DNA of 64,000 nt from Candidatus Spyradenecus sp. (GCA_045535075.1 JAZSKX010000002.1:1-64000); one strand, 5' to 3'. Numbered from the stretch's first letter, positions 22,701 to 31,573 are shown. Made by a program: numbers and translations. The notes: a model not told the origin generated them from the letters alone.

Positions 22701-25700
22701 TCATCGTCGTACGCACGTCGAGCGCTCCGCGGGCGATTCGCAACGACTCAAGAGTCAGGCTCGCATCGGCTTCTCCGGCTTCCAGGCGATAAGTATTGCC
22801 TTCTGCGGCGGCAACAATCAGCGAACGTGCCTGCGCGCCCGCAAGGATGTTTACGATTTCCGTGTCTGCCCCCGTCGGAAGAATTTTTCCGAAGTTGACG
22901 CTACGGCTCTTAAGATTGCTGATTTCCTTTCCTTGGAACGTCGTTGCCGACCAATAATCGTTACCGGCTTCCGAATCCCAAATCAGCGCAAATCCCATAC
23001 CTTCGCCGGCAGTAAAAGCGACATAGTTATTCGCCGAATCGTAGGAAAATGTTCCGCCCAAGCCGGAAGCTTGGTTCAAAGCGCTCGAAATCGCGCTCCC
23101 GTCAGCACCTGCGCCGACATTGAAAAGCGCGTAGCTGTCACCGGCTTTTTCAAAAATCAGATTGGAAAAATCCAGCTGAGTCGCCGCCGCGGAAAGCGTC
23201 AGCGAGCCGTCAATCGTCATCGCGACATCGTTATTCAGATACGTTCCCGTACGTTCCGCGCTATCAACGAATTCGGAGTAAAGAACGACCGTTCCCGCGC
23301 TTAAATTTGCCGACGAAAGCGTTCCTTCGCGAAGGCGGACAACGCTTCCGGACTTTGCGGAAGAAAGATCCAAACCGTCAATTTCGCCGCCGCGCAAATC
23401 GACCGAATACTCGGCGGAGGCAGCATTGTTCAGCGCCAGCGTCCCGCCGGACAGCGTCAGATTCAATCGGTCTCCGACAGCAGAAAGTTTTTCGACGTCC
23501 AAGCGCCCCCCGGAAACGGAAATCGTTCCCGTCGTTAGCGTTCCTCCGACTGTCGTTTTTCCTTGAGCAACGACTAAGGAAGCCCCGACATTAAGCCCGC
23601 CTTTAAATTCCGTATTTTCAGCTCCGACAGAAACGTTTTTCGCCGTTACCGCGCCCTTGAATGAGGCTTGTGTCCCCGCAAGGGTTAAGGCTCCCGTTTC
23701 GAGCGTCCCGCCGACGGAGAGGCTTCCGCCGTTTTGCGTCAGCGACGCGGAAGGCTTCAGATTTCCGGTAACGGAAACCGTTCCGCCGTTCTGCACAAAG
23801 ACCTGCGTGGCAACCCCTTGGGCATTTGTCAAAGAAAGCGTTCCCGCATCGACCGTGATACCTTTCAAATCCACACCGCCGGAAAGCGTCAATGTCCCGT
23901 CGGAAACTTTTTTAAGCGTTAATGAGCCGGTGCTGACAAATTTCTTCGAAGTTGATCCGTATTCGCGGGCAACGCCGTAATTGGAAAGAGCCCCTTTGTA
24001 ATCACCTTCGCCGACGGACAAGGTATAGTCGCCGGCACTAGTTTCGGCGAATGTATTTGCCGCGCCGATTTGGGCATTGGCATTCCCTTCCAGGCGTTTG
24101 ATTGCAACATTTCCCAAGACTCGCAGGTAGGCTTCCTGTCCGCTTCCGTCGAGGCGAATTGTTGCATTTTCCATGTTTGAGAGCAAATCCAGCCCGGCGC
24201 TGTAATCGCTCTTCGCTTCGACAAACACCGTTCCCGTGAAGCCGGAATTCTCAGTGCCGCTGATAATCAAACGACCGTTGGAATTGTAATTTCCGTCTCC
24301 GGTGCCGCGATAGTAATGAATCGTTCCCGCTCCGGAAAGTTTTCCGGAAAGCGCGAGTTCCTTCGACCAATTATTCGCATCGTTCGTAATCGTCAGCGTT
24401 CCGCTTTTAACATTAATATCGCCGGAAATATCGTATTGATACGCATCTTTGCTCGGTTGCGATGCGTCATGCGAATTTAAAACGACATTTCCCTGCGTTT
24501 CGAAATTTTGAGTTAATTTGTGAACTCCGCCTTTTCCTCGCAGATAAAGCGAGGTGCCGTCATTAAGAGCAATCGTTCCCGCTCCGCTCGTTTCAATAAG
24601 CGAAGCATTGCCGATTTGGAGCGTTCCCGCATCAACATTCAAGCGTTGGCCTTGGGACAGCGCCAAGTTTCCCGAAAGTGCGAGCGTTCCCGAGCCGGCC
24701 TTCGTCAAAGTTACGCCATCTTCAAGAGTAAGCGAAGAAGCCGTCAGCGTTGCACCCGTGACCAACTTCCCGCCTTGCGCACCGACTTCAACATGCTTTA
24801 CGGCAAAATCAGCGCCAGCCTCGAAAGTTGCACCGTTCAAAGCCAAGGTGTCTTCCGATCCGGAAAACGCTTTTGCGATAAGCACACCGTTCCCGGAAAG
24901 TTCCAAGCGCGCACCGCTTTCAAGCATAAGAGCCGCCGCCGAAACCGAAGCTCCTTCGCCGGAAAAAGAGAACGTATAATCGCCCGAAACAAGGACGGAT
25001 GCAGCAGACAATGCATCTTCAACAACAACCGTGGAATAGGCATCTTTCCCGAAAGAAACACTGCTTTTGTCGGCAAACGCGACAGAAGCGCCGTCTTCAT
25101 TCAGCCAGTTTTCATTCGTCGTATTCCAAACATTCGCATCTTGAGTTCCCGCCCAAGAAATCATTCCGTCCGTACCGAGCACCGGCGCACTTCCGAGTGC
25201 GGCTAACAGCGCAGAGTTGTTTACCACGGAATCGGAAGTAAAGAACGTCAAATTCGCAATGCTTCCCGTAAATTGTTCGCTAAGCCCGTCGCAAGTGAAA
25301 GAGCCGATGGCAAATTTCTGAGTCGCCGGAGTATCCCATTTGGAAAGATTGCGGGTGTAATAACTGCCGTCTTTCTCTCCCAGCATGAATCTGGAACCGT
25401 TTCCGTCCGTCAGATTAATGGTAATTGCAAGCAAATTCCACGTGTTGGCGACAACCGTGCCGCCGCCGGCGGTGTCCACCTTTCCCTTCGTGGTGAACCG
25501 AAGGTCTGCCCCGTTTTGAGAGAAATTAAATCCTTTGGCGCCCCCTCCGTAAGAAAAAATGGATTGAATCCCGTTCGTTGTTGTCGGATTTACCCACGCC
25601 GCAATCGTGAGGTAGCCGCTTCCCGCATTCACCGCGTTTTGCAGCGTCTGGTTGCTGATATCGGTTATCGCACCCGCACCCGTAAAGCTGTAAACGGTCG

Positions 25701-25857
25701 ATTCTGCGGAATAAATTGTCTCTTGACGGACTCCCGAGCCCAGTTTCCCGGAGGCTGCGAGGTCGCTCATCGTTACTCCGAGATCGGTAAGCGCGGCGGT
25801 AGAGCTCATCGCGGCGGCGGCAAAAAGGGTAGTCAAGAAAAACTTGGAGGGTTTCAT
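13798..25857 (-). CDS. giant autotransporter (~4020 aa): LamG-like N-terminal domain, passenger-associated beta-strand repeats, C-terminal autotransporter beta-barrel
   Basis: Signal peptide MKPSKFFLTTLFAAAAMS; TIAAWVNP/WNLLAIT LamG-like segment; many LxKxGxGTLxL repeats; beta domain with VSPYIGLDY ending in F. Confidence 0.92.
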   Translation of the reverse strand: MKPSKFFLTTLFAAAAMSSTAALTDLGVTMSDLAASGKLGSGVRQETIYSAESTVYSFTGAGAITDISNQTLQNAVNAGSGYLTIAAWVNPTTTNGIQSIFSYGGGAKGFNFSQNGADLRFTTKGKVDTAGGGTVVANTWNLLAITINLTDGNGSRFMLGEKDGSYYTRNLSKWDTPATQKFAIGSFTCDGLSEQFTGSIANLTFFTSDSVVNNSALLAALGSAPVLGTDGMISWAGTQDANVWNTTNENWLNEDGASVAFADKSSVSFGKDAYSTVVVEDALSAASVLVSGDYTFSFSGEGASVSAAALMLESGARLELSGNGVLIAKAFSGSEDTLALNGATFEAGADFAVKHVEVGAQGGKLVTGATLTASSLTLEDGVTLTKAGSGTLALSGNLALSQGQRLNVDAGTLQIGNASLIETSGAGTIALNDGTSLYLRGKGGVHKLTQNFETQGNVVLNSHDASQPSKDAYQYDISGDINVKSGTLTITNDANNWSKELALSGKLSGAGTIHYYRGTGDGNYNSNGRLIISGTENSGFTGTVFVEAKSDYSAGLDLLSNMENATIRLDGSGQEAYLRVLGNVAIKRLEGNANAQIGAANTFAETSAGDYTLSVGEGDYKGALSNYGVAREYGSTSKKFVSTGSLTLKKVSDGTLTLSGGVDLKGITVDAGTLSLTNAQGVATQVFVQNGGTVSVTGNLKPSASLTQNGGSLSVGGTLETGALTLAGTQASFKGAVTAKNVSVGAENTEFKGGLNVGASLVVAQGKTTVGGTLTTGTISVSGGRLDVEKLSAVGDRLNLTLSGGTLALNNAASAEYSVDLRGGEIDGLDLSSAKSGSVVRLREGTLSSANLSAGTVVLYSEFVDSAERTGTYLNNDVAMTIDGSLTLSAAATQLDFSNLIFEKAGDSYALFNVGAGADGSAISSALNQASGLGGTFSYDSANNYVAFTAGEGMGFALIWDSEAGNDYWSATTFQGKEISNLKSRSVNFGKILPTGADTEIVNILAGAQARSLIVAAAEGNTYRLEAGEADASLTLESLRIARGALDVRTTMTVGKVEVDKGTFIAGAKGALTLADAGTIAISKGVLSLQHSQATNAANLDLSGGSSLEFVSGALSAIKDKGIKIASTSEDARAVLHWLDGATDDVAAKVEFENGSHVEFKIDSGTVEWGADAYVGDSGNIYYKTGLGTISLASDESLGGTFRIEEGALALGHAESKGRIFNGDIIASGETATLLLAQANSFGTSEGFAPVSVELRDGAQMLLARNANDDRQTLVNVSLKLGENTRIDSQDAEEPNLSGIVLGAGTSVVASGDAEIATQVQLSVNSGTSEFTIEQGATLTLSGALVDSLEYQGTKLKKSGTGTLVLSGALTGTAANRYTKYSGATEIAEGTLRFEGNGAPGSGDVTVASGAALEVDTAGSLEFAGAISGDGVLRVLSGTAVFQDVTGLSGFVGENAFVRIVNNKTFTGSMELLGKLGGNGTFSGDVTLGENAHLSAAASEIFNFNASSIAGTHAFTKSGLGDVVVGTTLASDFDVKIEGGILKTAQKQTIDTLTFSGGVLGADDAGAGSWVASKLNVASGTGQIQSKLELNAPLGQNNLRLDGALYVGGLVSGNTYGSLEVAGTLNLSMGASGSLNIGSPDGNNVVSGGRLYADVLNADGTVRKITLGTTPNVNTLSQLAFKDATFKGDIEISGTAGEVVVAGTALFEGAEVSTIDGNLVGSGDKAVVNVAQQGSRLEVGGEFQGSLTKTGEGTLDIVAVSLDRVNSIKVNEGQFIIEDLLEFDFDENPDAKVELTQVQVTDGAILQVRADVLELAQGGSFELSGDSRYTGNLLIGAGTSLTLDASTISGQLTLVGDATVNASEVDSVVIGDVGLQLQGTLSVSGGAPAIRTDELMIHEGLKLDNIKINYGTLGSEFALIEFDESLSLIGDGFTAGGNSVTLDTQTIDGRDVYLTVERKDDGFGHDVGALKIVAYGTLIWDGAEKWEVGKERGWLQTSVGGNSSTTFSNDKYVAFNFSDGQQISVAENVNVSGVVFDGNGRFTLNFDGGVIKDKSDGTKIAASVQSGTVVFNNKGKVSAEGVFSGGLTIAKGAAVETNSDKLIGTGTISLYGALSFVGASAEYNVGEVAVAGTDATLNVVEASTLVTLEKLSGTVLTKTGAGSLTLSGAAELGKLVIEHGNVVVSNIGETGIASIVVEEEAGTLTFESGATLGGSTTLDLADGKRAEFVSTETKLNYVDLADGSAVAFRTDGTFTLGGTVRDDGADVPVEALWNKDGNALATIGGNLALQGVTKTADGKFATGATMNVAAGTLKIDGSVSDIADANAGNFLLAKSGNGVLNITGDLDSKASLSIDSGKIAVDGSINLSGDVEVGGNAILSIGEGGTLGSNAGALVVAEGKTLQLNSSKALSVLSELTVAGTLAVNGDISFSGAQNVYSALEVAAKSKITVGSGVKTFNGETLKLGANAAIVVDGAQLSGSSGVLTVDATGTTLELKNDGKITFSAAYVTGEQAMNVTGKGEMTVLGEIETKLTLDISAESVVTVSNAKLAQVGKFTGEGTFQKSGRGDLYLLQDSSAFAGTFAAREGTTYFYGSGSLGQAKMIADGEVVFARSAVFGNGTEGVVANALVGGSGKVAIIGSENSLKFANAIGGGFTGTLEARDEGTLVYNQMIAASGRNVSLKNAGTLFVETLNSAENETAGTLALGMLSVSGRGNELILADNRSLDLGSISIADAKGTAALTFSGSGSATVANSITKNADSKAELDIYTSEDFAGTLTLAGADNAHRNTYVNSGSVVVENATAGGTGTIFLANPEKSVVRIDVGDGNTISTALAGTGTLEGKSGIVDDLDAFSGALVAVDGGTFTLDKGDATELASKEISLGAESGATLVITTDKTVADLDMGTASFAGNGTVRLDLDASQTLSVYTANTISGIFEIAGGTVDVLEDGNLGTAEIAINAGAKLKLNSDVLLNREISGAGTLVKNTSGTSFVAGMINTNASVATGALSIAETGDAASFEIKNGTLEFSQRYDEVAGKVVSRSEGTQTFKAEYVADGVARFSHNARNSSSVVDGSFSWKNGVAGAVIFAGGGTGSEFLPEIETGDIVKTGAGKWYVDAFTSSGSIKVENGGGTLAIGGYVGNQNQEIYIGRDGVLEIAEFGGNADAVVRGKVSGAGILAVSATTSEISFDLTGDSDWVLRVDPNATAKFGSGLSSDNILLASSGNTQDSGGTLNLDVAAGSLSDFSGKVLTIQGGSKDFLDIRNAKVVKTGTGTLDLSGATVNLNGLLQIKEGTVKAVSFKSNPTSGVIEVQGNGLLEIGAKESVGNLAALAGAGRVRFVAGTTLIENVNGAQSPEEFNRDFSGFVQIDAGATAVLKSYASFGNAGFVSILGTLESSQVAESTLENLDGNGILRVNNEKSFVRTNYKNNAFSGKIEVARGRLVVDTATFGALANEIAVSSDVESGLVLRNGSGKSVSLSDLTGKNINDSGTFFLESADADNAFVLSDGKSFGYGSRVLLASDANMLWGESATITRDFYVAENATLSLGKSASISTLGFRSSGLTATRKVEGDLTIAGKLFADLPDAGTVAIRATGSATIEKTAVVEIDGTLAEGEEFALVASDVKAIENGASFRMASGERLSARVAENATLVVLGLATPVDELIPSGMGTLADTVFSNTDSDIYKSIYWSGTDGEQRAKLTNYSPVSFAGALELSTGLTQLENDLLRQRLEQRRYDRAYPEKEGAFKAFANVIGSSADSDEGENKSANYDMSHSGAVAGFDTLVNYDFVLGASFTYDVGKAKVHNGGGKHETDTARINVYGMAMLDDVSYFGFGAGVGVIGFDTKRTNALETLKGDASGTDLSLSTTLGRMFVLSAENGLHVSPYIGLDYTYSRIGGFSETGGTESALDVDASDRNSLRGTIGATLNWLPSEDWRFTLEAAFRHEFLDTDADINAKFIGGAYAGMNASATAYFSGEDVISVGPRVEYRINSEWAVSAGYTFESDLDNSTTHSANVGVRCTF

Positions 25858-26037
25858 AAAGATATGTGTGGGCAATTTTAAGGAAAAGCAAAGTTCGTGC
25901 GCAGAGAGTCCACGCAGTTTCTTGAAAGCATGAGCGCTTTACGACGCTCCCGCAACAAAATTTTCCGCCTGCGGGAACGTAAAAAGGCGATCTTCCGGGA
26001 GAGAAAATCGCCTTTAGAAATTGTTGTTTTTAAGAAC

Positions 26038-26805
26038 TTACGCCTGAGGATCAACAAACGTTTTCTTTACCCATTCGTAACCCTTTTTTTCCAACTCCAG
26101 CGCGAGTGTCTTATCACCAGTGTGGACAATACGACCTTCTGCCATGATGTGCACTTTGTCCGGAACGATGTAATCGAGCAGGCGCTGATAGTGAGTGATA
26201 ACGAGCGCGCCGAAGTCGTTCCCGCGCATGAGATTGACACCCTCGGAAACGATGCGCAACGCATCAATATCCAAACCGGAATCGGTCTCATCCAAAATCG
26301 CATACGACGGATTAAGCATCATCATCTGCAAAATATCGCAGCGTTTCTTTTCCCCGCCGGAAAAACCTTCGTTGACCGCGCGCGACGTGAACTTGCGGTC
26401 GATTTTCAGCGCGTCCATTTTTTCGTAAAGCTCAGCATAAAACGCCTTGGCGTTGAGCGTTTCGCCGGGCGCGAGGCGCGTTTTTCTCATTGACCGAATA
26501 AAATTCGCAATCGTTACGCCGGGGATTTCGACCGGATATTGAAACGCAATAAAAAGTCCGAGACGCGCGATTTCGTCCGTCTTTTTTCCGATAATCTGAA
26601 CACCGTCCATCCATGCCTCTCCGGAGGTAATCGTATAATCCGGATGCCCGGCAAGTGCCTTTGCGAGGGTCGATTTCCCGGTTCCGTTAGGCCCCATAAT
26701 CGCATGGACTTCGCCTTTCGGAAGCGTAAGCGAAAAATTTTTCAGAATTTCGCGTTCGCCGATGGAGACACACAAATTGCGGATTTCTAACGAAGAATGG
26801 CTCAT
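26038..26805 (-). CDS. sufC: Fe-S cluster assembly ATPase SufC
   Basis: [61 protein letters not shown]. Confidence 0.95.
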   Translation of the reverse strand: MSHSSLEIRNLCVSIGEREILKNFSLTLPKGEVHAIMGPNGTGKSTLAKALAGHPDYTITSGEAWMDGVQIIGKKTDEIARLGLFIAFQYPVEIPGVTIANFIRSMRKTRLAPGETLNAKAFYAELYEKMDALKIDRKFTSRAVNEGFSGGEKKRCDILQMMMLNPSYAILDETDSGLDIDALRIVSEGVNLMRGNDFGALVITHYQRLLDYIVPDKVHIMAEGRIVHTGDKTLALELEKKGYEWVKKTFVDPQA

Positions 26806-26933
26806 AGCGTGAAAATTCAAAATGAGCAGTCATAGTGAAGTTTTCCCGGGAAATAGTAAAGCCGTTATCGCAGAGTATGAAAGTCGTGTTTGAAGTTTTG
26901 CGTTTTTACTTCGTTCCCGCTATCTTCGTTCCC

Positions 26934-27845
26934 GTGAAAAAAAATACAAATAAGCCGCGTTCCCGCAAAGATGCATCCCCCGAAAACGAAATGTCATTTT
27001 GGGAACATCTCGAAGAGTTGAGAATGACGCTCCTCGCATGTTTGATAGCGTTCGTCCTTGCGGCATCGGCATCGCTGTTTTTTTACAAGGAAATCTTCCG
27101 CTTCCTACGCCTTCCTTTGGAATACGCACTTCGCGAAATCGGAGAAAGCGAAAAGCTATCCGAAATGCAAAATGCGCTTACATCGATGCATTTCACAGAC
27201 CCGTTCTCAATTCTGCTCTATATCGCATTGCTCGGCGGCATCATCATTTCCGGACCTTTTATTCTCTACAAAGCGGCTCACTTCATCACCCCGGCGCTGA
27301 CATTGCGGGAACGCCACCGGATTCTACCGGTTTGTATCGCGTCGACGATGCTCTTTGTCGCGGGAGCGCTACTCGCTTTTTTCAAGCTGGCTCCCGTTTC
27401 AATTGAGTTCATGTATTTTTTCTCAAATGAAATGGGCTTGCAGGTCAACTGGTTGGCGGCAGATTACTACGCCTTCATCGTCATCCTGGTACTTTTCGTC
27501 GGAGCAATTTTTGAATTTCCCCTCCTCGTCGTCGCATTGCAATACTTTGAAATTATTCCGACGAAATCACTTCTAAGCAAATGGCGCTGGGTTATCGCGG
27601 GGATTCTTATCGTCATCGCTTTCGTATCTCCGATCAGCGACCCGATTACACTTCTTGCGCTAACGGGACTACTTTTTCTTATTTTCCTCTGCGCCGTCTT
27701 CGTCGGAGATTTTCTCCTAAGAAAAAAACTTGCAGCACGCGCAGCGGACGAACTTGCCTTCGAAGCCGAATTTTCGCCCGAAAAAACAAACACCGTTCCC
27801 GTCGCAGACGACGAAAACGGCGATCTCAAAGTTTTAGATTCCTAA
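26934..27845 (+). CDS. tatC: twin-arginine translocase subunit TatC
   Basis: EMSFWEHLEELR, FITPAL..ER, FEFP, SPISDP, ~6 TMs; start uncertain (26835/26934/26991). Confidence 0.9.
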   Translation: MKKNTNKPRSRKDASPENEMSFWEHLEELRMTLLACLIAFVLAASASLFFYKEIFRFLRLPLEYALREIGESEKLSEMQNALTSMHFTDPFSILLYIALLGGIIISGPFILYKAAHFITPALTLRERHRILPVCIASTMLFVAGALLAFFKLAPVSIEFMYFFSNEMGLQVNWLAADYYAFIVILVLFVGAIFEFPLLVVALQYFEIIPTKSLLSKWRWVIAGILIVIAFVSPISDPITLLALTGLLFLIFLCAVFVGDFLLRKKLAARAADELAFEAEFSPEKTNTVPVADDENGDLKVLDS

Positions 27846-27882
27846 ACAATCGACTGTCGACAAGCTTCTCCGATACGGGAAC

Positions 27883-27917
27883 AAAAAAAGTGCCGCCTCA
27901 AACGAAGCGGCACTTTT
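27883..27917. terminator. bidirectional terminator between convergent tatC and FecR-like gene
   Basis: AAAAAAAGTGCCGC-ctcaaacgaa-GCGGCACTTTT. Confidence 0.8.
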
Positions 27918-27931
27918 CATCTGAAAATCAA

Positions 27932-28648
27932 TTAATACGAGGGAGAATTTTCAGGAATCGTGGCGAGGTTCAAGCCGTCGATTTCAACGTCTTCGCCGAA
28001 CGGATCCGCATCTGCCGGAGCCGAAGCTCCCGGCGTACGGAAATCTTCTTCACCTGCAGCCAAGAGGAGTTCCGCCTGCTTCTTTTCCGCGCGCGTCGCC
28101 GGACGCGGAGCCGGATTCGGATTATCTTTCGTCAGGAAAATCGTTTGTCCGGCAGCAAGCACGGAAACTTTTCCGTCCGTTCCGGCAACACGCCAACGTT
28201 CCTGCGTTGCGGTAACGCTCATGGTAGATGCCGTAGCCGTAACGGTAACCGTTCCCTTAATTCCGGAAATCGTTCCGGCAGGGGTTTCGAGCGTAAAGCT
28301 TGAGCCTTTTTTCAAATTCGCCTGAATTGTCGCCGCCCCACCGGAAAGCGAAGCAACCGTGGAAGTTACGCCGTCTTCTTCCGTCGAGCTTTTAACAGAA
28401 AAAGAAGCACCTTCGCCAAGGCCGACAACCGTTCCGTCCGGCAACGTGACGCGTGCAGAAGCACCTTTGGCAACTTTAACAGTGGCGCCGGCAGGAACCG
28501 TCGCGCCGGCTTTCAAGGCAGTCGCCTTCCCGTTGACAACAACGGTGACATTATCGCTGGCAACCGAAACCGTCATCGGAGCCGCAAACGCGACGGATGC
28601 GAGGAACAGCGGAGCCAGTACCAGTGTAGCCAATTTTGCTAGTTTCAT
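27932..28648 (-). CDS. secreted FecR-domain-like protein
   Basis: Signal peptide; ARVTLPDGTVVGLGEGASF and FTLETPAGTISGIKGT FecR-like motifs. Confidence 0.7.
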   Translation of the reverse strand: MKLAKLATLVLAPLFLASVAFAAPMTVSVASDNVTVVVNGKATALKAGATVPAGATVKVAKGASARVTLPDGTVVGLGEGASFSVKSSTEEDGVTSTVASLSGGAATIQANLKKGSSFTLETPAGTISGIKGTVTVTATASTMSVTATQERWRVAGTDGKVSVLAAGQTIFLTKDNPNPAPRPATRAEKKQAELLLAAGEEDFRTPGASAPADADPFGEDVEIDGLNLATIPENSPSY

Positions 28649-28720
28649 AAGTAAATTTTCTTTAAGGGATTAAAACTGTGTCCGGATATTTTTAAGTAAT
28701 ATTCGCGAAATGCAATACTT

Positions 28721-29989
28721 TTATTTCTTTAATTCGTGCGGTGCGCATCTTTTTTCCACGGGAACGCGGTCGAGAATCGCCATTTTCGGAATCCCGGCCT
28801 CATCCGTAAGTTGCGGTGTCCCCTGAATAAGCGGCAACGCATACTTCGCGAACTGAAAGCCGATTGTCATTCCGTTTTCGCCGACCCAATTTTGCGGGAA
28901 CGTCTTAACGCCGTTTGCGATGTCTTCGAGCGGTGCTAATTCCGCCTTGATTTGATAGCGGTCCTTTTCTTCACGAACAAGAATTACCATCTTGCCGCTC
29001 TCTCCCGCAACTGCGGCTTTGACAGCCGCCGCGCCCGCCATAAATGCTTCGTCAATGTCCGTTTTAGAAGCAAAGTGCGATGCTGTACGCTGGATATGCC
29101 CTTGGCGGCAAGTACGTGTCTTTACACCGGCAAACGATTCCTCAACGACGCTTTTCAGATACTCGCAAACTCCGCCGAGGCGCGGATGGCCGAACGCATC
29201 GAGTACCGCCATGTTGGCGCCGAGATAGTTCCCGTCTGCGTCCACCAAGCCTTCCGCCGCAACGACCACGCAGTGCTTGTTGGTCGTAAGCACATTGCGA
29301 ACGGCTTCCACAAACGCCTCGCGATTAAACGGCACTTCGGGAAGCAGAACAAGATGCGGCGCGTCTTCCGGATTTCCGCGGCGCTTCGCCAAAGACGCTC
29401 CCGCCGCGATCCAACCCGCGCTACGACCCATCACTTCGATAATCGAAACCAAATCATTGCGCCCGAGCGACTCACAGTCGCAGGCGAGTTCCCGTACGGA
29501 AGTCGCGATGTATTTAATCGTCGAGCCGTACCCCGGGCAGTGGTCGGTGAGGACAAGGTCGTTATCAATGGTTTTCGGCACGCCGATAACGCGAATTTCG
29601 TAGCCTTGCGACGCGCAGTAATCAGCGATTTGCTTTGAAGAATCCTGAGAATCGTTCCCGCCGATGTAGTGGAAATAGCGGATATTGTGCGCTTTGAAAA
29701 CTTCAAGAATGCGCGCCATGTCCTGCTCTTTTTTCAATTTATAACGGCAGGAGCCGAGGGCGGCGCCCGGTGTCGTATTCAACAAACGCACGGTTTGTTG
29801 TGATTCTGCGGCAAGATCAATGAAATTTTCCGTCAAAATGCCCTCAACACCGTTAACGGCTCCGTAGATTTCTTCAATTTCGTCTTCAAACTGAAGTGCC
29901 GTCGTGAGAACGCCCGCCAAGCTGGCGTTAATTACCGGGGTGGGGCCACCGCTTTGAGCAACCAACAAATTTCCTTTAAGTATTTCCAT
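28721..29989 (-). CDS. pfp: phosphofructokinase, probably pyrophosphate-dependent
   Basis: AQSGGPTPVIN, GGNDS and PKTIDND (Asp/Lys signature of PPi-type enzymes), EVMGR. Confidence 0.88.
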   Translation of the reverse strand: MEILKGNLLVAQSGGPTPVINASLAGVLTTALQFEDEIEEIYGAVNGVEGILTENFIDLAAESQQTVRLLNTTPGAALGSCRYKLKKEQDMARILEVFKAHNIRYFHYIGGNDSQDSSKQIADYCASQGYEIRVIGVPKTIDNDLVLTDHCPGYGSTIKYIATSVRELACDCESLGRNDLVSIIEVMGRSAGWIAAGASLAKRRGNPEDAPHLVLLPEVPFNREAFVEAVRNVLTTNKHCVVVAAEGLVDADGNYLGANMAVLDAFGHPRLGGVCEYLKSVVEESFAGVKTRTCRQGHIQRTASHFASKTDIDEAFMAGAAAVKAAVAGESGKMVILVREEKDRYQIKAELAPLEDIANGVKTFPQNWVGENGMTIGFQFAKYALPLIQGTPQLTDEAGIPKMAILDRVPVEKRCAPHELKK

Positions 29990-30149
29990 ATTCTGCTTCC
30001 TACTTCATTCTCTCCCGCGTTTTTTGGCAAACAAAAAGCGCCGAAACCCTTTCCCGCAAACACGTGCAATAAAACCGCTTGACACTTTCCCGAAACTAAG
30101 CCTTTATAAAGCACTTTCAATTTCAAATACATCAACCTAAAGAAACACA

Positions 30150-30416
30150 ATGCTTCGAATCAGATTGCAACGTCATGGGGCCGCACACGCTCCGAACTAT
30201 CGCCTCGTTGTTTGCGAGAGCACGGCTCGTCGCGACGGTCGCTTTGTCGAAATCGTCGGTTCCTACAATCCTGCCGCTAAAGGCAAAACCGAACCGCTGA
30301 AAGTCGCTCTCGATCGCGTCGACTACTGGATGAAATGCGGTGCGCAACCCTCCGAAACGGTTGCTTCGCTCATCAAGCGCGCCCGTAAGGAAGCCGCCGC
30401 CGCTCCGGCTGCGTAA
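30150..30416 (+). CDS. rpsP: 30S ribosomal protein S16
   Basis: LRIRLQRHG, RRDGRFVEIVGSYNP, GAQPSETV. Confidence 0.97.
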   Translation: MLRIRLQRHGAAHAPNYRLVVCESTARRDGRFVEIVGSYNPAAKGKTEPLKVALDRVDYWMKCGAQPSETVASLIKRARKEAAAAPAA

Positions 30417-30457
30417 TTGCGGGAACTTCCGACAAGTTTATTATTTACTAAAAGAAG

Positions 30458-30492
30458 AAAGGCGTTCCCGTGGCAAACGAGAGCGCCTTTTT
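30458..30492 (+). terminator. hairpin/terminator between rpsP and trmD
   Basis: AAAGGCGTTCCCGT-ggcaa-ACGAGAGCGCCTTTTT. Confidence 0.6.
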
Positions 30493-30504
30493 CGTCTCCG
30501 TAGC

Positions 30505-31188
30505 ATGCAGATAGATATTCTCACTCTTTTTCCCAAGATGGTTACCGGATTTTTCTCCGAAAGCATCTTAGGGCGTGCGATTGAGAAAAAAATCCTTTCC
30601 GTAAACACGCACGACATCCGCGATTGGACCGCCGACAAACATCGGCGGGTTGACGATCGCCCGTTCGGCGGCGGTGCCGGCATGCTAATGTCCCCGCAAC
30701 CCGTTTTCGATGCCATCGAAGCCGTTCGCGGGAACGATTCCGTCGACGAAATCATCTACCTTTGTCCGGACGGAGAACCGCTAACCAACAACCTCGCGCG
30801 CGAACTTTCTCAAAAAAAGCGTATCATTCTCCTCAGCGGGCATTACGAAGGGATCGACCAACGTATCCGCGACACACTGATTACGCGGGAAATTTCTATC
30901 GGAGATTATGTGCTGACAAACGGCACAATCGCCGCCGCCGTCTTGGTCGATTGCCTCGCCCGGCAAATTCCCGGAGTGCTCGGCGAAGAAAATTCGTTGA
31001 CTAGCGACAGTTTTAATGCCAATCTTCTATCCTTTCCTCAGTATACGCGTCCCGAGGTTTTCCGCGGTATGCCTGTTCCGCCGGTTCTTCTTTCCGGAAA
31101 TCACGCAGAAATCAAGCGTTGGCGGCATGAGCAACAGCTGAAAAAAACGCGGGAACGCAGACCTGATTTACTTTCAAAAGACATATAA
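30505..31188 (+). CDS. trmD: tRNA (guanine37-N1)-methyltransferase
   Basis: MQIDILTLFP, VDDRPFGGGAGML, GHYEGIDQR, SIGDYVLTNG, PQYTRP, LLSGNH. Confidence 0.97.
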   Translation: MQIDILTLFPKMVTGFFSESILGRAIEKKILSVNTHDIRDWTADKHRRVDDRPFGGGAGMLMSPQPVFDAIEAVRGNDSVDEIIYLCPDGEPLTNNLARELSQKKRIILLSGHYEGIDQRIRDTLITREISIGDYVLTNGTIAAAVLVDCLARQIPGVLGEENSLTSDSFNANLLSFPQYTRPEVFRGMPVPPVLLSGNHAEIKRWRHEQQLKKTRERRPDLLSKDI

Positions 31189-31190
31189 CA

Positions 31191-31556
31191 ATGAGCCAGC
31201 AAATCCTTAATTCGCTTACACAAGCCCAGCTCAAAGCTGACCGCAACAACTTCCGCGTCGGCGACGGCGTTCGCGTCCACACCAAGGTTCGCGAAGGAGA
31301 CAAAGAACGCATCCAGATCTTCTCCGGAATCGTCATCAGCCACAAAGGCACGGGCATTCAAGAAGCCTTCACGGTTCGCCGCATCGCCTCGGGCGAAGGC
31401 GTTGAACGCGTGTTTCCGGTTCACAGCCCGAACGTCGTCAAAATCGAAGTCGATCGCAAATCGGTTCCGATGAAAGCGCGCCTCCACTACCTGCGCAAGC
31501 GCTTGGGCAAAGCGGCAACGAAGGTCAAAGAACGCGCATTCTCGACGGAAGCCTAA
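31191..31556 (+). CDS. rplS: 50S ribosomal protein L19
   Basis: FRVGDGVRVH, EGDKERIQIFSG, FTVRRIASGEGVERVFP. Confidence 0.97.
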   Translation: MSQQILNSLTQAQLKADRNNFRVGDGVRVHTKVREGDKERIQIFSGIVISHKGTGIQEAFTVRRIASGEGVERVFPVHSPNVVKIEVDRKSVPMKARLHYLRKRLGKAATKVKERAFSTEA

Positions 31557-31573
31557 TTCGCTTCGACCTTTTC

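Noticed and set aside
30150..31556. Absence of rimM between rpsP and trmD
   Set aside because: To my knowledge this order is usual in PVC bacteria, so it is a lineage clue and not a novelty
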